Below, one piece after another: positions 1 to 11,000 of a stretch of 64,000 nucleotides of DNA. A program made the position numbers and the translations under genes. Every line of letters begins with the position of its first letter. Within the stretch, counting starts at the first letter, position 1. The notes under the pieces were generated by a model. That model searched no databases, was not told the origin of the DNA, and worked only from the letters and a program-made list of their open reading frames with translations. The stretch comes from Zygnema circumcarinatum SAG 698-1b. Its lineage: Eukaryota > Plantae > Zygnematophyceae. Location: NCBI GenBank assembly GCA_037447605.1, contig CM074805.1, forward strand, positions 5,101,044 through 5,165,043, in the 5' to 3' direction.

Positions 1-2557
1 CAGCTCCGGTTTCTCTGGCATGGTAAGCCTCCTCTCGCTCCTGCGAATGGTTTCGATGGCCTTCCCCTCTACACACACTCCTTGCAAAGCAGGCTCCTTC
101 TCCACGACATCACGTCTAACCCGCGGACCAGTCCCTTAGCGGCAAAGGCACATTTGCAACCCCGATGGTTAAAAGATGTCCAAGTCTCACGATGCCGAGA
201 TTTATGGCAGTTTCAGCCACAACCATCACATCTTCATCCTCTGTCCTTCTATAATGAAGATTATACAGGCCTCCCTTCTCATACCCCTCAAACAGCCGCT
301 TCCCCGTCACTGCGTGAGTAGCTACGCAAGACTTCTCCTTGAACGTGATCTCGTACCCCCTCTTACACACCTGGCTATGGACATGAAGTTACATTTCAGC
401 TGGGGGGTGTAGATTACATCACCCGATACAGCAGCTCCTCCTCTCTTCTTAGTAGATGGCGAGCGTCTCCGAGAATCATCTTGACTACTCCACCCTTCGT
501 GACTGTCACTCCCTCTCCGGTTGCCGAGTGAACAAATCGAGTCTTCTCCAGCGTGTCCAACGTGGAGAACATCTGCTTGTCGCCACACATGTGTGTGGAA
601 GCGCCTGAATCGATCAACCAGGGCCACTTCAGATCCTGAACCTGGATCTTCCCAACAAAGTCAGAACCTTCGGGCCTTTCAGCCATCATTAGATTGGTCT
701 CATTCGACCCTCTGCATTCGGTGCTCTTGTGACCTCGCTTCTTGCACTTGAAGCAGATCCCCTTGAAGCCTTTCTTCTCCTTCTTGCCGAATGCCGGCGC
801 GCCTCCTCCTCACCGATCTTGGGGACTCTTGTTCTTGTAGCAGTCTGCCGAGTAGTGGCCAGTCTTGCCACACGTGTAGCACGCTCCCGCAGGGCGTTCT
901 CCTCGGTCCGACTTTGGCGCACCTCCTCTTCGGTCTTGTCGTGAGTGCAGCGCTAGCACCTTCTCCTCGGTGCTCCCGGTGTCTTGGACGGTGTCCTCCT
1001 CCTTGATCCTCCGCTTCACTTGCTCAAGGGTCATTTTCGAGTTCGTTAGGACAGTCCTAAGCGCTGCGACTGCTACATCAAATCTGGAGGTCAATCCCCC
1101 TAAGAACTGGCTGATCTTATGGTCACTCTCTAACGGTTTCTGTAGAGCTATGAACCTCTCATCAAGGTATCAAGCACGACCATATATTCACTCCGGTTTC
1201 TCATCGAAGTCATCTCTTCATCTTCCCAGGCTGCGTGTAAGGGCGCTCACTATCGTGGCGTTATCCTTTACATCATACATCTCTTCTAAAAGCGCACCTC
1301 CATAGCATGTGAGGTGCGAGATCATCTGGCATGGACGAAGGACTTCCCCTCACACTCATGACGATCTGGGTGAGCGCTTTGTTGTCCTTGGCACTCCATC
1401 TGGCGAGCACCACTTCGTGTTCCGACTGCTGCTCCGCCATGGCTCCCTCCGGTAGCACCGGTGCCTTGATGGTGCCGTTGACGTACCCCAACAGTCCCTT
1501 GCCCACGAGCAAAGGAACCAGCCGCCATCTCCACCCTTTGTAGTCTTGACCGTCGAATGCGGGAATGCTGAACTTCACGTGGTCCTCGTCGCCACCATTG
1601 GCTCTGATACCACTTGTTGGAGTCTGGATCTGCTCGCTGTTCCCGGCGCCACCTCGCGTGTCGCCCTCCATTGGAACTCCGGTTCCCACCGATGAACATC
1701 TTCTCTCTCTCACTCTATCTCACTTCACTCATAGCCATAACTCACAGGGGGAATGAGCAGCGAGGCGAGCGCGGCGGAAATCACACCTGCAGAGGTATAG
1801 GAAGCTCCGCGGCTCTAAAACTCCTTTATAATAGAATGTCACCACATGATTCTCCCTCTCACTATTTACTTCTCCCTTACTCACTGCCTTTAGAGCACAA
1901 GCGAGGGGCAGCCCGGCCAACACGGCGAGGCCTGAGAATAAGTCCGGGGACTCTGATGGTCTAATGTGGTTATCCTTCATAACAAAGCTAAACCTATATA
2001 CAGCCATGGCGTGTTACGTGACATCTTCCTTGTTGACCGATGTCACGTCGTACCCTCATCGTTCGGCGGCAGTGCAGCGTTGGCATCCGGCTTTGCGGTC
2101 TTTTCGCAAACCTCGCCCGGCCACCGACCTGGTCAGTGCGTCAAAATCACCGTCGCCGCCCATCACCAGACATGCCGTCCGTTCGGCGAGCTTCCGCGCC
2201 TTACCCCGTCCGTACGCGTCGCGCCAGCAATGATATTTCGTTCGCGCACACGTACACATTAGCGAGTCGCTGACGAAATCTCAAAATTAAATGCATTTCG
2301 CGCCGTTCACACTTGTCGCGTGGGCTGGCGACTCGGTCTCCTCATATTAGATTGGCCTGCGTCGGAAGTCGCGGACGCACTAAAGTGCAGCCCAGTTCGC
2401 CGGCCTCGCCGACATCCTCGCCAGCGTCACGGGCCACCGACATTTAGCCCGACCGTATTTCACAGGAACACTACTAGTAGATCTCATGTTTCCCCAGCGA
2501 GGACCACAACAATGTTAGTGTGAACCCGTACAATGTCTAACTATAGCACTGCACTAC
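1..2557 (-). mobile_element. Ty1/copia LTR retrotransposon, 5' part (LTR, PBS, gag, protease, GAG-pre-integrase), frameshifted, runs off the left edge
   Basis: Minus-strand ORF pieces: gag N-terminus (KFSIPAFDGQDYKGWRWRLVPLL), zinc knuckle CYTCGKTGHYSADC, copia protease motif WLIDSGASTHMC (414-689), GAG-pre-integrase-like GLYNL...RLGH (116-370). The PBS sits next to an LTR ending ...CCAACA at 1615. The LTR is homologous to 63342-64000 (reverse complement). The right boundary is approximate. Confidence 0.9.
1601..1612 (-). other. Primer-binding site (tRNA-iMet type) of the copia element
   Basis: GCTCTGATACCA on plus = TGGTATCAGAGC on minus, 2 nt after the LTR-terminal CA. Confidence 0.9.
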
Positions 2558-3189
2558 TTGATCCATTGTCTTTCATCATACATCCTCTAGCCTTCCATGA
2601 GGAGGTTTCGGATCATACAGCATAAGGATGGACTTCCTCTGCAGCTCATAACTACAATGCTAGCGTCGAGGGGCTTTGTTGTCCTTGGCCTTCCATCGAT
2701 GCAGCCGCGTGGAGTGCTTTCAAGCTGCTCCGGCCCAGAGGCTCAACGGTAACTCCAGCATGCCAATCTTTGCCATCAACGTATCAAAGCAACCCTTTGC
2801 TAAGCAAAGGCACCAACCTCCATCTCCGCGGCTTTGTAATCCGCCTTCGAGCGGTATCTTTGAGACTTGGCGTGGTCCTCCGGTCTCCATGAGCTCGATG
2901 CCACTTGTTGGTGGGGACTCACCTTGCTGTGCGCGACTTCTCCACTCGCATCACCTTCCATGAGTTCAGCGTTCCAATCGATGATGACATTTCCCAAACT
3001 CTCACGTTCACTCTACTAGCCCATTTTACTCTGAGTGAACCTCTCGGAATATGCACAGCGGGTGCAGAGGATGGGAGAAAGCTCTGGAAGCTCTAAAACT
3101 CCTTAATAATAATCTTATCAACACAAAATAGAGTCCCCTCTCAAATAGCCCAATAAACTCAAAAAGCCCACTACCTCGCGGCACAAGCA
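2558..3189 (-). mobile_element. Second copia element (LTR 3' part, degenerate PBS, first ~110 codons of gag), interrupted by the element at 1-2557
   Basis: Degenerate PBS GCTCGATGCCA at 2893-2903 and LTR end TGTTGG at 2906. The gag remnant is homologous to 1270-1600 and stops at the EEMYDVKDN region. Mirrors 62697-63341. Confidence 0.8.
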
Positions 3190-3289
3190 NNNNNNNNNNN
3201 NNNNNNNNNNNNNNNNNNNNNNNNNNNNNNNNNNNNNNNNNNNNNNNNNNNNNNNNNNNNNNNNNNNNNNNNNNNNNNNNNNNNNNNNN
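3190..3289. other. Scaffold gap (100 N)
   Basis: Run of 100 N; a round number typical of a scaffolding join of unknown size. Confidence 0.98.
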
Positions 3290-5430
3290 CCTAAAACCCT
3301 AAAAAACCTTAAAACCCTAAAACCCTAAAAACCCTAAAACCCTAAAAACCCTAAAACCCTAAAAACCCTAAAACCCTAAAAACCCTAAAAACCCTAAAAC
3401 CCTAAAACCCTAAAACCAAAACCTCCTGGGGTAAAACCCTAAAACTTAAAAACCCCTAAAACCCTAAAAAACCCTAAAACCCTAAAACCCTAAAACCTCA
3501 AAACCCTAAAACCCTAAAACCCTAAACCCTAAAAACCCTAAAACCCTAAACCCTAAAACCCTAAAAACCCTAAAACCCTAAAACCCTAAAAAACCCTAAA
3601 AACCCTAAAAAACCTAAAAACCCCAAAAACCCCAAAAAACCAAAAAAACCTAAAAACCCAAAAAACCCTAAAAACCCCAAAAACCCTAAAAACCCCAAAA
3701 ACCCTAAAAAACCTAAAAAAAAACCCCAAAAACCCCAAAAACCCTAAAAAACCCTAAAACCCTAAAACCCTGGGAAAACCCTAAAAACCCTCCTAAAAAC
3801 TTCTGCAAAAACCCTAAAACCCTAAAACCCTAAAAACCCTAAAACCCTAAACCCTAAAACCTTGCAAAACCCTCCTAAAACCCTAAAAACCTCCTAAAAG
3901 TAAAACCCTAAAACCCTAAAACCCTAAAAACCCTAAAAACCCTAGTAAAAACCCTAAAAACCCTAAAAACCCTAAAACCCTAAAACCCTAAAAACCCTAA
4001 AACCCTAAAACCCTCAAAACCCTAAAAACCCTAAAAAACCCCTAAAAACCCTAAAAAACCCTAAAAACCCTAAAAAAAAACCCTAAAAAAAAACCCTAAA
4101 AACCCTAAAAACCCTAAAAAACCCTAAAAAAACCCTAAAAAAACCCTAAAAAAAACCCTAAAACCCTAAAACCCTAAAACCCTAAAACCCTAAAACCCTA
4201 AAACCCTGGGAAAACCCTAAAACCCTAAAACCCTAAAACCCTAAAAACCCTAAAACCCTAAAACCCTAAAAACCCTAAAACCCTGGGAAACCCTTAAAAA
4301 CCCTAAAAACCTTAAAACCCTAAAACCCTAAAAACCCTAAAAACCCTAAAACCCTGGGGTAAAAACCCTAAAACCCTAAAACCCTAAAACCCTAAAAACC
4401 CTAAAACCCTAAAACCCTAAAACCCTAAAACCCTAAAACCCTAAAACCCCAAAACCCTAAAACCCTAAAACCCTAAAACCCTCTAAAACCCTAAAAACCC
4501 CAAAACCCTAAAACCCTAAAACCCTGGGTAAAACCCTAAAAACCCTAAAACCCCAAAACCCTAAAACCCTAAAACCCTAAAACCCTAAAACCCTAAAACC
4601 CTAAAAACCCTAAAACCCTAAAACCCTAAAACCCTAAAACCCTAAAACCCTAAAAACCCTAAAACCCTAAAACCCAAAACCCTAAAACCCTAAAAAACCC
4701 TAAAACCCTAAAACCCTAAAACCCTTGGGAAAACCCTAAAACCCTAAAACCCTTAAAAACCCTAAAACCCTAAAACCCTAAAACCCTAAAACTCCCAAAA
4801 CCCTAAAAACCCTAAAACCCTAAAACTCCTAAAACTCTAAAAACCCTAAAAACCCCAAAACCCTAAAACCCTAAAACCCTGGGGTAAAAACCCCTAAAAC
4901 TCAAAACCCTAAAACCCAAAACCCCAAAACCCTAAAACTCCTAAAACCCTAAAAACCCTAAAACCTCTAAAACCCTAAAACCCTAAAAACCCTAAAACCC
5001 TAAAAACCCTAAAAACCCTAAAACCCTAAAAACCCTAAAACCCTAAAACCCTAAAACTCCTAAAACCCTAAAACCCTAAAAACCCTAAAACCCTAAAAAC
5101 CCTAAAACCTAAAACCCTAAAACCCTAAAACCCTAAAACCCTAAAACCCTAACAACAACCCTAACAACCCTAAAACCTTAGAAACCTAAAACCCTAAACC
5201 CTAACAACCCTAAAACCCTAAAACCCTAAAAACCCTAAAAACCCAAAAACCCTAAAACCCTAAAAACCCTAAAAACCCTAAAAAACACTTTCCCCTCGTC
5301 TTTTCCCTCTTTTCTCTCCTTCTAAAAACCCTAAAAACCCTAAAAACCCTAAAAACCCTAAAAACCCTAAAAACCCTAAAACCCTAAAAACCCTTAAAAC
5401 CCTAAAAACCCTAAAAACCCCTAAAAACCC
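3290..5430 (+). repeat. Telomeric array (CCCTAAAA / CCCTAAAAA)n, i.e. TTTTAGGG / TTTTTAGGG on the minus strand
   Basis: ~2.1 kb of tandem, partly degenerate CCCTAAAA(A) starting right after the gap. The C-rich strand is on plus, the orientation expected for a left chromosome end. Confidence 0.93.
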
Positions 5431-6345
5431 TAAAAACCCTTTTCCCTCGTTTCCCTCTTTTCTCCCTTTTCCCCCTTTTCCCTCTTTTTTCCTTTTCCCC
5501 CGTTTCCTTCTTTTCCCTCTGTTCCCTCTTTTCACTCATTTCCCGGTTTACCCTCATTTCCCGGTTTTCCCTCATTTCCCGGTTTTCGCTCATTTCCCGG
5601 TTTTCCCCCTTATCCCCCTTTTTCCTCCTTTCCCTCTTTTCTCTTCTTTCCCTCTTTTCCCTCTTTTCCCTCTTTTCCGTCTTTTTTTTCGTTTTTCCTG
5701 TTTTCCCATCTTGTCCCTCTTTTCCTCCTTTTCCCCCTTTTCCCTCTTGTCCCTCTTTTCCCTCGTTTCCCTTTTTCCCCTCTCTCCCGTTTCCTCTCTT
5801 TCCCTATTTTTCCCTCGTCTCTCCCTTTTCCCTCTTTTCCCTCGTTTCTCTCTTTTCCCTCTTTTCCCTCTTTTCCTACTTTTCCCTCTTTTCCCCCGTT
5901 TTCCTCTTTTCCCGCCTTTCCCTTTTTTCCTCTTTTCCCTCTTTTGCCTCTTTTTCCTCTTTTCTCTCTTTTCCCTCTTTTCCCTTTTTTCCCTCGTTTT
6001 ACCTCTTTTCCCTCTTTTCCCTCGTTTTCCTCTTGTCCCTCTTTTCCCTCTTTTCCCATTTTTCCCTCGTTTCCCTCTTTTCCTTCTTTTCGCTCTTTTT
6101 TCTTTTTTCCTTCTTTTCCCTCTTTTCCCCTTTTCCCCTTTTTCCCTCCTTTCCCTCTTTTCCCTTTTTCCCGTCCTTTCCCTCTTTTCCCTCTTTTCCC
6201 TGTTTTCCCTCTTTTCGTTCTTTTCCCTCTTTTCCCTATTTTCCCTTTTTCCCCTATTTTCCCTCTTTTCCCTCTTTTTCCTGTTTTCCCACTTTTCCGT
6301 TCTTTTCCCACTTTCCCCTCGTCTTTTCCCTCTTTTCTCTCCTTC
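5286..6345 (+). repeat. Subtelomeric polypyrimidine satellite, core unit TTTTCCCTC
   Basis: Almost pure C/T tract (5286-5322 and ~5440-6345) with recurring TTTTCCCTC / TTTCCCTCG units. Confidence 0.85.
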
Positions 6346-6362
6346 TAAAAACCTTAAAAACC

Positions 6363-6572
6363 TGGGATATATCGCAGATTGATTCGAGTGCAATTTATTG
6401 TTATATATCATAGGTCTATATTAGTGCAGAATACGGGATATATCACAGAGGGATTTGAGTGCAATTTATTCCTATATATTGCAAGGGGATTCTAATGCAG
6501 AATATCAAGATATATCACAGAGTGATTTGAGTGCAACTTATTGTTATATATCGCAGAGGGGTTCTAGTGCAA
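6363..6572 (+). repeat. Telomere-associated minisatellite, 3 copies of a ~72-bp unit
   Basis: Units start GGGATATATCGCAGA (6363), GGGATATATCACAGA (~6435) and AAGATATATCACAGA (~6507); each contains GATTTGAGTGCAATTTATT-like sequence. Confidence 0.8.
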
Positions 6573-6876
6573 TTCCGAGCAAAGGCATGAAAACCCTAGA
6601 AACCCACTAACAAGCGCTGATTTGCTCTCACAAAATACACTGTAGCTACTTAGAATCGACACTTGCAAGATGACCATGTTTAGAATGGGAATGCTTTATT
6701 CTATTGTGAATCTGAAAATGTACAATTATGATGCCTACCATTCAAAGTCATGACTTGAATAGGACGTGCACCAGCGGCGCCCATACTTTACATCATCTGC
6801 ATGACGATGAAGCCACCGTATATGTCACTTTTGCCCAGCTACAAAACTTCAGCCACGGTCAACAAATGTTTCCTTG

Positions 6877-7994
6877 TCAGTTGCCATCTAGGTCTCCCTT
6901 CAACCGATCCCACGGTTCGCTACGTACGCTAAATGCTCGATGGGCCAACGCTTTCCGCTTCTCAAACATGTCCCGCCGTCGGCGACTCTCCGCTCGATCG
7001 ACCAATCCCGCCCTGATGAAAAGTTGCTTCGCGGTCTCCCTGTGCCCAAGAAGCTCTTCGACCTCTGCTGTTTCCTGCACAGCCCCACCAAAACAATTTA
7101 TTGGAGAAGACTGTCTCCCACAAGTCCAAACTCTTCTGTATAAATGCATGTGTCACGTATTGTCGCCTGGGCACACTGCATAAATCCACTACCCTCAAAC
7201 CCCTTTCTAAGAAAACTAAGGGTTTTTAGGCTTCATTTCGTTCAAGAAGAAAAAGGGCCTCGTCTGCCAGGAAACTCACTTGGAGGACTGCCGCGTTGTT
7301 GGGCTCTGCCGTTAACGCAAGTGCCAGCAACTCCCGCGCTTCCTGCAGGTTTCCATGCAGTTGTCGTTCCAATCGGGCGTACGCCTGTCACCACTCCCCC
7401 AACCTCCAATCAACGCAACAGCATTGTCTTCAACCAGACAATGACCACTTACCAACCTAATAAGTAGCTCAACTGAAGCGACGAGGTGTACGATCGTCAT
7501 ACAAAATAAATCACTGCATCAATCCAATCACGGGCAAGTAGATACACAGATCCCCTACTACGGAGTAGTGCTCTCCAAGATAAACTGCCTCTCCCTACTA
7601 TGTTGAATGCTGTAGTCTCCATCTCTTAACTCCATTCCATTCCTGTATGAAACGAAACGCATACGAAATCCCTCCGCTCTTTCTGAACTTTCAATGATTT
7701 GTCCGCAATCTGTTTGCAGCTGATGTCTTCTACCTTACAGGTGATGACTTCTTTATTCGATACTACTCCCATTTAAGTCGGAACCGAATTGCCATGATAA
7801 GTCAGACATTGCAGGCACTTCACGATAAAAGTTGATTCTCGAACAGGAAGACTACAATGTCGCAGAGACATTCATAGCCATCCTAGCAAGAGACGAGTGG
7901 GAACTGGAAGAGAATAACTGCCATAAAGAGGATCAAACATCAAGGTGTGGCTTTTGCGGCAAAAACCAACCTTGCTATGGATGCCAATTTAAGG

Positions 7995-8025
<31 letters not shown>

Positions 8026-11000
8026 CTAAAACAATACCCCGTCTGATATCCATAAGTCTTCCCCTATGCCGCACATCTAAACTTCATTGCATACAAACTG
8101 CCGTCAGAGGCATGCACTACAAGCTCACCTGCAAACAGGCGACATCGGCAGGCGCAAGCTCCAACACTCTCCTCAACAACCGACGTGCTTCGTCCAGATT
8201 CCCTACTCTCTGCTCCATCAGTGCCCAAGCCTGAATCCTCCAAAATTCCCATGGCACATCTGTTCAAAAAGAAAGAGAGAGAGTCTTTTGCGTACAGGAA
8301 CACACTAATCACCATTGACAACGCCTCGTGGCATTACGAGTTCTTCGAATTTCGCCCAAGCGAAAGTCGAGGGGCGAAAGTCGAGGAATTCAAAAAAAAA
8401 GAAAGCAGCAAGCCAGGGCAGCTAAGGAATTTCTTCAGCTTTTTTTAAATGAATTAGCTAGCTGCGAAGAGAACCTAAAACAGCAGTCATGGTGTTGGCC
8501 AACAATTCGACATCGCAGCAGTTGAAATGTAAGCACAAAATGACTTCAAGCAAAGGAATTCATGTCAAGGCCTGCCCTTATGCTCCAACACACGCACACC
8601 AATGCTCTAGAAACAGTTTGCATCATGCCATAACAGCCGAGATATGCCTCGAAAAAACTCCAAGGCTTGTGTTAGAGAAACTTCCCCGCGTAATAGCTCA
8701 AGGACCCTTTCCTCAACTGCATAACTGCGCCATGCAAAGCTGCTAGGAATTGCATCACGTGAGGATGCACATAATCTAAGGCTAGCTTTCCACAATGCTG
8801 GGGTACAGGATGGCTAGCAGCATTCGCTGGAAGCCCAACTTCCAAAGTCATGCAGCGCTGCAATTGCTGACAGGCGCGTCTGCAGCAGCAATAGCCGCGC
8901 ACTTTGATCATAAGGAAATGAAGGACTGAAAAGGTGCCTACCCACCTGCCAAGCATAGACTGCCTGCGGAGCTACATCTACACAGTGCTGGTAAAGCTGT
9001 CGAGCCTTTCTCCAGCCTTCTTGGGTGTTCATCCGTCCTTCATGATGAGCCCACGCCTGCGTGAATGAAAACTTTCCCAGTAAATAGCAACCAATTATAA
9101 TCATGGCATCTTCCTTTCAGATCCCGACAGTTATCCGTATCGCTTACCACCACTTTCTAACTCACCTGCAGTGTATGGATATTGTTGGGCGTGACTTGTA
9201 AAGCTCGACGAAACAGTGACCGCATGCGCTTAACATTTCCAAGCTCTGCCTCCATTACTCCCCAAGCCTGCGTCCACCCCTCTCAACCTCTGTATGCGTT
9301 GTTTACATTACGGTCCACATAATCTCCTATGCAGACAAACTCTGCTTGTCTCACCATTCTGACCCATTCCAGTTTTGTAAAATCCCTGTTTTCCAACCGG
9401 AGAAGCTCGATAAGCTCAAAAACCTAACAGCCGAAAACAAACGTTGACTAATGCAACTTTCCCTAGATAACGAATGCGCCTTTTCTATCAACAGCCGACA
9501 AGTTCTACTCCGTCAGCATTCAAAGAGTGCACGCCCCAAAAGCAGCAAGGAGAGATTCCATGCTTTTGCGAGTGTCCAGCACCTGCCAACAGACGACGTC
9601 GTACGGAGCGGCCTGCGCCGCCCGGCGGAAGTAGGTCCGCGCGAGGCCCCAGTTGTGCGGCGCCTTCTCGAGGAGCGCGCGCGCGTGCAGGACGGGGGCG
9701 CTGCGCGGCCGCAGCCGCTCCGCGCGGACCAACAGCTCCCGCGCGCGCGCCCACTGCCCGCACCGCTTCTCCAGCATCGCCCACGCGTGCAGGCCCACTA
9801 CCTCAGCTTCCACCACTTCCGCACTCCTTTCCCCACTAGTCTGCATTGAATATGCCCAAACCACGTCCCTTACGACTGCATCCTTCATCCTACTTTTCTA
9901 CCAAGCTCACAAGTCAAACCTTGTTGCAGACATTAGAAGGAAGTCCTTTACTCGAGTCTTTCACAGCTGAGAGTAAAATTTTCATCACCAGGTCCCATTA
10001 CTTGCTACTTGACTTTATGTTTATGAAGTCACTCACTCTCTGAGCTATTTGAAGTGCTTTCTTAAATAGCTGACGGGCCCTGTCCGCCTGCCCATCATGT
10101 CCTTCCAGAGTGGCGAAGGCCTGCAACGCTCGGATGTATCTCGAACCACTCTCCCGCCAATACTCGAACACCTGAATGCTTTGTTCATAACGGCTGCGTG
10201 CAGCTTGAATATTTCCTGCTTCCCCAAAAAGCCATTCAGAGCTCTGGCTCGCTTGCTCTCACTCACAATCACTCAGAATCACTTCAGAAAGCTTTAGTGC
10301 AGTCTCCGTGTAACGTTTGATCTTTGCCCAACCTAACAAAATACAAATGGGTATGCGTGCAAGTTTATGAGCTAGCTTACCTTACGCGAAGAATTCATCC
10401 AAAATTTAGTAAACCAGTACATATCACAAACCTCATGTTTACTTGGAAACCTACGAGGACAGCGTGTTGTACTTGACAGCATGCTGCACTGCATATGAGC
10501 CCTAGTTTCGTGAGGGCCACATCTCACCAGACTTGCGCTCCAGCTGTGCGTAGTGCACCCACATATTCGCGTTCAACGGATGCTCCCTGATTAACTGCAG
10601 CATGTCCACTTTCACCCACAGACCGCCATTTAGCACAGGCTCTTTCATCACCAGAACATCGTCACCCTTACGCAAAACAACGCCATAACAAGCGCCCTTC
10701 AATAGCTCCACCTACTCTGACCTAAGCTATTTCGCTACCTTCAGTGAGATGACGCGCTACTACCCAACAACTAGCACCAAACCATGCTCATGAAAAGACC
10801 CTGCAACTGAGTGTGTACAAGGGTCAATTTCATGCAAATGGACTTGTAAAGACCTAAGCAGGAGGGTACAACTTGAGAGATTTGAATAATAGCGGCACAA
10901 TGCATTACCGGCAGGCAACGAAAGTTCGAATAAGTTTCAGTTTGAACTCAGTTTCTCGGCAAACATAAGCAATTTCTAGTGGTTAAGTCTGGCGCAGCTT

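Noticed and set aside
3420-4890. Recurrent CCCTGGG(G) interruptions in the telomere array as a higher-order repeat
   Set aside because: Spacing is irregular, and CCCTGG-type miscalls are a known nanopore artefact on C-rich telomere strands.
5278-6413. Long ORFs of RGK/EKR/FPL repeats (up to 273 aa)
   Set aside because: They are translations of the telomere and polypyrimidine satellite, which lack stop codons by composition. No evidence of coding function.
6363-6572. Regularly spaced repeats resembling a CRISPR array
   Set aside because: Whole units are tandem and similar throughout, with no unique spacers, no cas genes and a eukaryotic context.
8607-8795. Extra HAT exon (AWRSYAVEER...)
   Set aside because: It does not fit the repeat pattern, and the exons at ~9057-8950 and ~8230-8126 join in phase without it. 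Treated as intron.
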